Origin: Candidatus Electrothrix yaqonensis
GTDB taxonomy: Bacteria; Desulfobacterota; Desulfobulbia; Desulfobulbales; Desulfobulbaceae
Length of the DNA stretch: 32,000 bases
Assembly (NCBI GenBank): GCA_047651235.1
Contig: CP178758.1
Location: 1,890,001-1,922,000, forward strand
Direction of reading: 5' to 3'
Position 1 is the stretch's first letter. Each line of letters starts with the position of its first letter. The position numbers and the translations under genes are program-made. Below are positions 27,601 through 32,000 of this stretch, piece after piece. A model generated the notes under the pieces. That model did not search any database. It was not told where the DNA came from and worked only from the letters and a program-made list of their open reading frames with translations.

Positions 27601-27632
27601 TTGACCAGGCCAGTGCGGAGGTTATCTGCTGA
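24615..27632 (+). CDS. Hybrid sensor histidine kinase: MASE3-like membrane domain / GAF-like / PAS / HisKA / HATPase / receiver
   Basis: N-terminal multi-TM region with LLFHTLAGVFSSIIACAIFIFAWN and IDFGHTLAYREMQIFP. PAS (FNDAPDMIHIIDDEQRIISVNP). H-box GIAHDFNNIL. N-box MNLCTNAYHAM, DTGCGI, GTGLGL. Receiver ILVVDDD..LTDMTMPRMTG..MKPF. Confidence 0.95.
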   Translation: MKIVPESVGTHFSLSCLAVPAAAWGLYWAGSESYLLFHTLAGVFSSIIACAIFIFAWNTRQLQANHYFLFLGIAYLFVGAIDFGHTLAYREMQIFPELPEEFAVHLRLAARYTEGISLLLAFFFLRKKINEYIVFLVYLAFVSLLFRAIFSQPSFPAFLMERVGPVVCRKDGEYLICCMLLCTLFLLHKQRRFFDRTVLRFLQAGIICTIIAELAFAGIAGLFSPSGMIGHFCKIFSFYCIYRAILEIGLSRPYNILFREIKKQGADLEDKVRERTAALQQSTEYLEKEITERIKAEKELRWELAVNRELAAVSDTLISRSFTFQEVAGPVLRSAYNLTDCLYAMLISIDRGSGTVTAYPLSFSEQNSAARHEPLLLFSGSEGEYPGLWGQSLNTQQGFCMDFVRSVEQQDTGFPCDFLPKKNYLNVPVVIDREAVGLIALADKRENFTRYNLLAVERLAALLALFIQRREMEKALTRSEFKYRSLFNDAPDMIHIIDDEQRIISVNPVELRTLGYGKEEIVGSPLLTLIHPDWQKSTAQTLEQIFAAGECVKNYETVLLSKSGEQIDVEVSAVPQLEQGRVVSVRAIMRNITERKKEEKEKRNLELQLRQARKMEAIGTLAGGIAHDFNNILGPIFGYTELALDILPAEDRASLWLREVLRASHRARELVRQILTISRKTDQEVQPLRIQFIIKEALKLLRSSLPSSIEIRQNIDPDCAAVMADPTRIHQVIMNLCTNAYHAMRETGGVLDVTLQPVEFELYEDNQNHNRNSRMRLQPGRYLQLCVSDTGCGIPMELLEKIFEPYFTTRGQGEGTGLGLALVQSIILDLGGDITVCSEPGKGTVFDICLPVCTAGRKPAQITEDSSRFPQGNERILVVDDDRELGRMSKNVLESLGYQVIVYTDSSSALAAFQQEPDFFDLILTDMTMPRMTGDKLSGKILALRPDMPIIICTGFSELMDERKARDIGARAFIMKPFTKKELACSVRQVLDCQVLDQASAEVIC

Positions 27633-27656
27633 CAATCAAGTCTGCTGGTCTGCTGA

Positions 27657-28877
27657 TCAGCCTGCTGTTTTTCCGGTTTCAGCATGACCGGTTCCACCGT
27701 TTCCCGTTGTCATGCGCAGCACTGCATACCCTGCTCCTCCTGAAATCAGGGAACCGAGGATAATGCCGATCCGCTCGTCAAAGGCCACCTGCTCCGCAAA
27801 GGCCAGACCGCCGATGAACAGGCTCATGGTGAACCCGATACCGCAGAGAAGGGAGGCTCCGTACAGATTCTTCCAGTTGATCCCTTTGGGAAGCTGGGCA
27901 AGCCGTATTTTTACGGACAGGAAACACAAACCGAAAATGCCGATTTGTTTACCGGCAAACAGGGCGAGAGCAATGCCGAGGGGCACGGAATGCAGCACCT
28001 GTTCCATACCCATGCCTCTCAGGTTGAGGCCGGCATTGGCAAAGGCAAAAATCGGCAAAATAATATAGGCAACAACCGTGTGCAGGCTGTGTTCAAGAGT
28101 TTTAAGCGGCGAAACATCCGGGTTCTTCTTTAAGGTGAGAGGGATAAATACGGCCAGGAGCACACCGGCAATGGTGGCATGGACGCCGGATTTCAGCGTG
28201 GCAAACCACATGACCGCACCGACGAGCAGATAAGGCATTTTGGCAGCGACCTGCAGTCGGTTGAACACGGTCAGCATGGCCACACAACCGGCAACCACTG
28301 CCAGAGGGACAATAAAGATTTCACTGGTATAAAAAAAGGCGATAATCAGCACCGCACCGAGATCGTCAAAAATTGCCAGGGAAGTAAGAAAAACCTTTAA
28401 GGAGTTCGGTATCCCGGAGCCGAGCAGGGTCAGGACGCCCAAGGCAAAGGCGATGTCGGTTGCTGCGGGAATGGCCCAGCCCCGCATTGCCGTGGCATCG
28501 CCGAAATTGAGCGCAGTATAGATAACTGCCGGAATCAGCATGCCACCCACTGCCCCGACCACAGGGAGCATGATATTCTGTCTGTCCGACAGCTCTCCTT
28601 CCAGCATTTCCCGTTTCAGTTCCAGGCCGACCAGAAAGAAAAAGATGGCCATCAGTCCGTCGTTGATGAAGTGGTGCAGGGAAAGATTCAGACCGACAGC
28701 ATCACTTCCCGGAATCCAGGATAAAGGATGGGCGTGAAGCGCAGCTTCATACAGATGATCCACTCCGGGTATATTGGCGCAGATCACTGCCAGGACTGCC
28801 GTCAGCATCAGCAGAATACCGCCTGCCGCCTCCATCTGTAAGAACTCCATGATACAACTGCCAGTCTTGTTTTTCAT
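27657..28877 (-). CDS. nhaA: Na+/H+ antiporter NhaA
   Basis: Multi-TM profile with FFFLVGLELKREMLEGEL and the IFDDLGAVLIIAFFYT Asp pair. AGGAGG lies 5 nt upstream of ATG 28877. Confidence 0.95.
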   Translation of the reverse strand: MKNKTGSCIMEFLQMEAAGGILLMLTAVLAVICANIPGVDHLYEAALHAHPLSWIPGSDAVGLNLSLHHFINDGLMAIFFFLVGLELKREMLEGELSDRQNIMLPVVGAVGGMLIPAVIYTALNFGDATAMRGWAIPAATDIAFALGVLTLLGSGIPNSLKVFLTSLAIFDDLGAVLIIAFFYTSEIFIVPLAVVAGCVAMLTVFNRLQVAAKMPYLLVGAVMWFATLKSGVHATIAGVLLAVFIPLTLKKNPDVSPLKTLEHSLHTVVAYIILPIFAFANAGLNLRGMGMEQVLHSVPLGIALALFAGKQIGIFGLCFLSVKIRLAQLPKGINWKNLYGASLLCGIGFTMSLFIGGLAFAEQVAFDERIGIILGSLISGGAGYAVLRMTTGNGGTGHAETGKTAG

Positions 28878-29210
28878 ATCTCCTCCTAAAAAATTATTTT
28901 TCCTGATCGGTCCGACGAATTGCGCTCCTTTTAAAGCAGAAATTTGTGATGCGTACTTAGAATATTATTTCTTGTCTGCTTCGGGTCTGTCAAGCTGAAG
29001 CCGCAGGAGAGTGTGTTTTTCGGTTCCACAGGGTATTTTCGGGGAGCGGCGGCGGGAAAGTCGGAGGGGTTCACTCCTGCACCAGCGGCGGTGTCGTCCA
29101 CCGTTGCCTGATATCCGGGCAGGGAAAGCCAAGCGGTTTCCGGGTTGGATTGAGTTTTTTTTTGTGTAGAGACAAGATTTTGACAAATCAAGAACGGAAA
29201 TTTTCTGAGT

Positions 29211-29480
29211 TTAAGGACGACCTACATTCCACAGATTATTGATTAAAAAGAAAAGCAGAACAACAATTCCAAAGAGCAGAAGATACATTAACCCTTCAAG
29301 AAGCAATTCTACTCCGTGAGTTAAAGCAAATGGAAGGAAGTACCCTGCAAAGCATCCTATCATCGCACCCAAAATAGCTCCCCCAATCCCGGCAAGAAAA
29401 AAACCTGCAACTAACCCTATTACAGCACAAACGAGACAACTCCATATCATGATATGATCAAGCTTATCGTCTTCAGGCAT
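29211..29480 (-). CDS. Small integral membrane protein (89 aa, about 3 TM, glycine-zipper)
   Basis: GAGGTG lies 7 nt upstream of the ATG. TM segments include LVAGFFLAGIGGAILGAMIGCFAGYF. Composition is AT-rich compared with neighbouring genes. Confidence 0.65.
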   Translation of the reverse strand: MPEDDKLDHIMIWSCLVCAVIGLVAGFFLAGIGGAILGAMIGCFAGYFLPFALTHGVELLLEGLMYLLLFGIVVLLFFLINNLWNVGRP

Positions 29481-29624
29481 GGTTATTCACCTCTTCTTGG
29501 CTTCTCCCTGTGGTTCCTTGTAAATCTCGTATTGACGCCCCAATCTCCGCCGCCGCTTGCTGTGTCTATAAAAATTGGGCTTACGGTTCAGCCGGAAAGA
29601 TTGCTGTCGTCGGACTTTCCTGCT

Positions 29625-29726
29625 TTACACCCGCTGCAGAGTCTGCACGTATGCTGTATCAGAGAGAGATGTAAACTTCACCAGTAATTCCGCAGCCTGC
29701 TTGATGGTAACACGTTCTTCCGGCAT
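29625..29726 (-). CDS. 33-codon mini-ORF with strong SD, followed in the same frame by 45 further sense codons after a TAA
   Basis: AGGGAGG lies 7 nt upstream of ATG 29726. It translates to MPEERVTIKQAAELLVKFTSLSDTAYVQTLQRV, then TAA, then SRKVRRQQSFRLNRKPNFYRHSKRRRRLGRQYEIYKEPQGEAKKR, ending at TGA 29487-89, just before the next gene. Confidence 0.3.
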   Translation of the reverse strand: MPEERVTIKQAAELLVKFTSLSDTAYVQTLQRV

Positions 29727-29958
29727 TGCAAATCCTCCCTGTAGAAATTTTATAGTCATGAAATTACGTTAGAACTTTGAATTTTCGTTGTCAAGAAAAA
29801 AGAGGTAGAGGAACTTCCGGAGGGGGAAGAGGCCGGGCTGAGTAGAGCCGGAAGCGGTCTAACCATCCATCACTTTCCCGGCATGTAAAGAACGGCGGTA
29901 CGCTGTCTGCAGCTACTCTGACCAAGCAGGTGCAGGCAGCAGAACAGCCGCCCTGCTG

Positions 29959-30642
29959 CTAATTGTTGTTTTTTGTCGGTCGGAAGGGCCAGATCCAGCT
30001 CAGGAAGGCTGGAAGCTGCCGGGTCTGAATCCAGATTTTCCCCTGCCCCCGGAACCGGCAGACTAAGCCTTCACCGGAAAAGAACAGCGATTTATAGCCA
30101 CCGACCTTGGAAACCGTATATTCAAGACCTTCAGTAAAGGCGACAATATGGCCGGTGTCCACCACAAACTCCCCTTTCACATTTTGGGCAATAATGCCGC
30201 CGTAGCTGTTGAACCAGAGGTCTCCGGTGCCAGAGCATTTGATCAGGAACATACTTTCGCCGGAAAAGAAGCCCTTGACCAACCCCTGCCATTTGCTCTC
30301 GACCTCAATGTTCATAGAAGAGGCCACGTAGGCAGAATTCTGCAGATAGATAGTCTCGTTATCCAGGTAGACATGGGCCATGTCGCCCGGTGCTGAAGGG
30401 GCGATGGACATCTCTCCTTCAGCGTGTTCTGCGGTGAATTCGTTGATGAACAAAGATTCGCCGGTGAGAAAACGGCTGAAGCCGCCCTTGAACTTGGTTT
30501 TCATGGCAATATTGGTATCCATGGTTGCCATGGCCGAGGCCTCCACCTTCAGGGTTTGGCCGCCGGGAATGGTCACGGTCAGGAAGGCGAAGTCGGGCTG
30601 ACATTCGAGTTTGAACGGGAAATCTGTTCGTTTTGTCTCCAT
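29959..30642 (-). CDS. AIM24 / TIGR00266 (DUF124) family protein, paralogue 3
   Basis: Internal ATG 30642 with AGGAG 7 nt upstream. Family pattern: ..GESLFINEF.., GEFVVDTGHIVAF, FFSGEGLVCRFRGQGKIWIQTR. Trp-rich tail LPAFLSWIWPF. Confidence 0.88.
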   Translation of the reverse strand: METKRTDFPFKLECQPDFAFLTVTIPGGQTLKVEASAMATMDTNIAMKTKFKGGFSRFLTGESLFINEFTAEHAEGEMSIAPSAPGDMAHVYLDNETIYLQNSAYVASSMNIEVESKWQGLVKGFFSGESMFLIKCSGTGDLWFNSYGGIIAQNVKGEFVVDTGHIVAFTEGLEYTVSKVGGYKSLFFSGEGLVCRFRGQGKIWIQTRQLPAFLSWIWPFRPTKNNN

Positions 30643-30661
30643 GATAATCTCCTGACGAGTC

Positions 30662-31339
30662 TTAACGGGGTTTGAGGGAGGGGCCGAGGGCATGACCGAA
30701 TGAGCCGGGATTATGGGACTGACACCAAACGGTGCCGTGGCCTTTGAATTTGCAGACCAAGCCTTCGCCGCCAAGGAAGGAGGAAACCCAGCTCTTCCCG
30801 GCCTTGGTCAGGGAGAAATCAAGGGTTTCGTTAAAGGCCACAATATGGCCGGTGTCCACAATGTATTCGCCCTTCACCTTCACCGGATAAATCGCACCAA
30901 AGGAGTTGATCAGCACCTTGCCTTTGCCGCTGATATTGAGCCAGAACATGCCTTCGCCGGAAAGCATTGACTTGAAACCCTGCCAGCCGAAATCAATCTC
31001 CACCTCTTCGGACGAGGCCACATAGGAACCGCCCTGGACAATCAGGCGTTCGTTGTCCAGCTCATACGTCATCATATCACCGGGCAGGGCTGTACCCAGA
31101 AAGACCTTGCCGCGCTTTTCTCCGGCAGTAAAATGGTTGAGAAAAAAATTCTCCCCGGAAAGCATACGCTTGAGGGCCTTGGCAATGCCGCCGCCCCCTT
31201 TCTTATGCGTTGTGGTGCTGATATCCACATCGCCGCTCATGCTGATCATGGCACCGCCCTCTGCGGTCAGAACTTCTCTCGGCTCCAGGGTGACAAGGGC
31301 GGCTGAACAGCCGGGCCTGTAATGTATTTTAATGTCCAT
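30662..31339 (-). CDS. AIM24 / TIGR00266 (DUF124) family protein, paralogue 2
   Basis: MDIKIHYRPG..LTAEGGAMISM, SGENFFLNHF, GEYIVDTGHIVAF, LGGEGLVCKFKGHGTVWCQS. GGGGGAGAG SD. 19 nt upstream of paralogue 3. Confidence 0.9.
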   Translation of the reverse strand: MDIKIHYRPGCSAALVTLEPREVLTAEGGAMISMSGDVDISTTTHKKGGGGIAKALKRMLSGENFFLNHFTAGEKRGKVFLGTALPGDMMTYELDNERLIVQGGSYVASSEEVEIDFGWQGFKSMLSGEGMFWLNISGKGKVLINSFGAIYPVKVKGEYIVDTGHIVAFNETLDFSLTKAGKSWVSSFLGGEGLVCKFKGHGTVWCQSHNPGSFGHALGPSLKPR

Positions 31340-31360
31340 GTTTCTGCTCTCCCCCTAAGA

Positions 31361-32000
31361 CTAAAGATTTCGGTTCAGCCAGCTGGCCAGCCCGGAAATG
31401 CTGCGGGTCTGGATAACGATTTTACCGGTGCCTGTGACCCGGGTGACCAGTCCCTCGCCGCTGAAGAAGCTGGAAAAGATGCCCCCGGCCAGCTGAATCT
31501 TTAATTTTATCTGCGGTTCATAGCCGACCAGATGGCTGGTATCCACGATGTATTCCCCGTTGATCTCCCGTTCCAGCAGACCGCCGTAGGCCCCGAACCA
31601 GACCGTGCCGGTTCCGGAAACCAGGAGTTTAAACAGGCCCTCGCGGGCAATAAAGGAGGCGATCCCGGCCCATTTAACCCCCAGTTTGACCCCCGGGGTG
31701 GAGCAGATATAGGCCCCGGGCTGCAGGCAGTAGCTTTCATTGTTCAGTTCCAGCGTCCGGATGTCTCCCGGTGTGGCCTGAGTCAGGGTGACCCGTTTGA
31801 CTCCCCTGGTATTATTGGTAAAGGTGTTGACAAACAGGCTTTCTCCGCCGAGAAACTTCTTACACAGGGCGGAAAAAATATTGCCGTTCAGCCCGGCTTT
31901 CATGTCCAGATCCGCATCCATGCTGGCCATGGCATCTGATTCCGCAATAATGCTCTCCCCCGGTTCAAGATCCACATGCCCGTAGGCAAAGACCGGTTTT
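31361..32000 (-). CDS. AIM24 / TIGR00266 (DUF124) family protein, paralogue 1 (5' end outside window)
   Basis: The frame stays open past the listed GTG at 31975 to the window edge (..KPVFAYGHVDLEPGESIIAESDAMASM). GGESLFVNTF, GEYIVDTSHLVGY, FSGEGLVTRVTGTGKIVIQTR. 21 nt upstream of paralogue 2. Confidence 0.88.
   Translation of the reverse strand, partial: KPVFAYGHVDLEPGESIIAESDAMASMDADLDMKAGLNGNIFSALCKKFLGGESLFVNTFTNNTRGVKRVTLTQATPGDIRTLELNNESYCLQPGAYICSTPGVKLGVKWAGIASFIAREGLFKLLVSGTGTVWFGAYGGLLEREINGEYIVDTSHLVGYEPQIKLKIQLAGGIFSSFFSGEGLVTRVTGTGKIVIQTRSISGLASWLNRNL

Noticed and set aside
28931-29191. 86-aa and 73-aa minus-strand ORFs upstream of nhaA
   Set aside because: No SD and no recognisable motifs. 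Their composition is dominated by the GC-rich structured block, so I treat the region as non-coding leader or RNA instead.

Overview
32-kb chromosomal window with about 31 supportable protein-coding genes. I saw no rRNA, tRNA or CRISPR array by eye. All family calls come from motifs read in the supplied translations; no searches were run. Gene content (Tat-signal CxxCH redox protein, Cys-rich two-CW-like protein, MASE3-type hybrid kinase, SurA-like/RodZ-like/recO operon) suggests an anaerobic Desulfobacterota-like proteobacterium, but this is inference only. The backbone is housekeeping (rsmE, tgt, rlmE, CCA-adding-family enzyme, recO, epmA, glmU-like, nhaA) plus signalling genes (Zn-ribbon-PAS-GGDEF-EAL; MASE3-GAF-PAS-HK-REC). 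Regions that stand out: (1) 7.55-9.9 kb is a decayed accessory patch. It holds a beta-carbonic-anhydrase stub, a 107-bp inverted-repeat element, a truncated P-loop NTPase, five REP-like hairpins, half an IS200-type tnpA, and an IS701-like element with frameshifts, an internal deletion and a nested second pair of its own terminal repeats; its right end supplies the tgt stop codon. (2) 18.45-21.55 kb is an AT-rich c-di-GMP receptor locus. One ORF is built from three head-to-tail 336-bp PilZ repeats with mosaic divergence and is bracketed by two perfect 13-bp inverted-repeat elements. A single-PilZ paralogue with a homologous leader lies downstream. Between them is about 0.94 kb of non-coding DNA with a near-consensus promoter, two mini-ORFs and a ~118-nt multi-hairpin RNA candidate with mutually exclusive pairings. 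This is my best candidate for something undescribed. (3) 29.2-32 kb holds three tandem AIM24/TIGR00266 paralogues followed by an AT-rich small-membrane-protein/mini-ORF pair. (4) Also present are a translationally coupled DUF2868-like/GTPase pair, a Zn-ribbon plus degenerate TSCPD-like protein, a frameshifted Tat redox gene, a 3'-truncated glmU and a GC-rich structured stretch upstream of nhaA. No complete known defence or mobile system is present, and none of the novelty claims can be confirmed from sequence alone.
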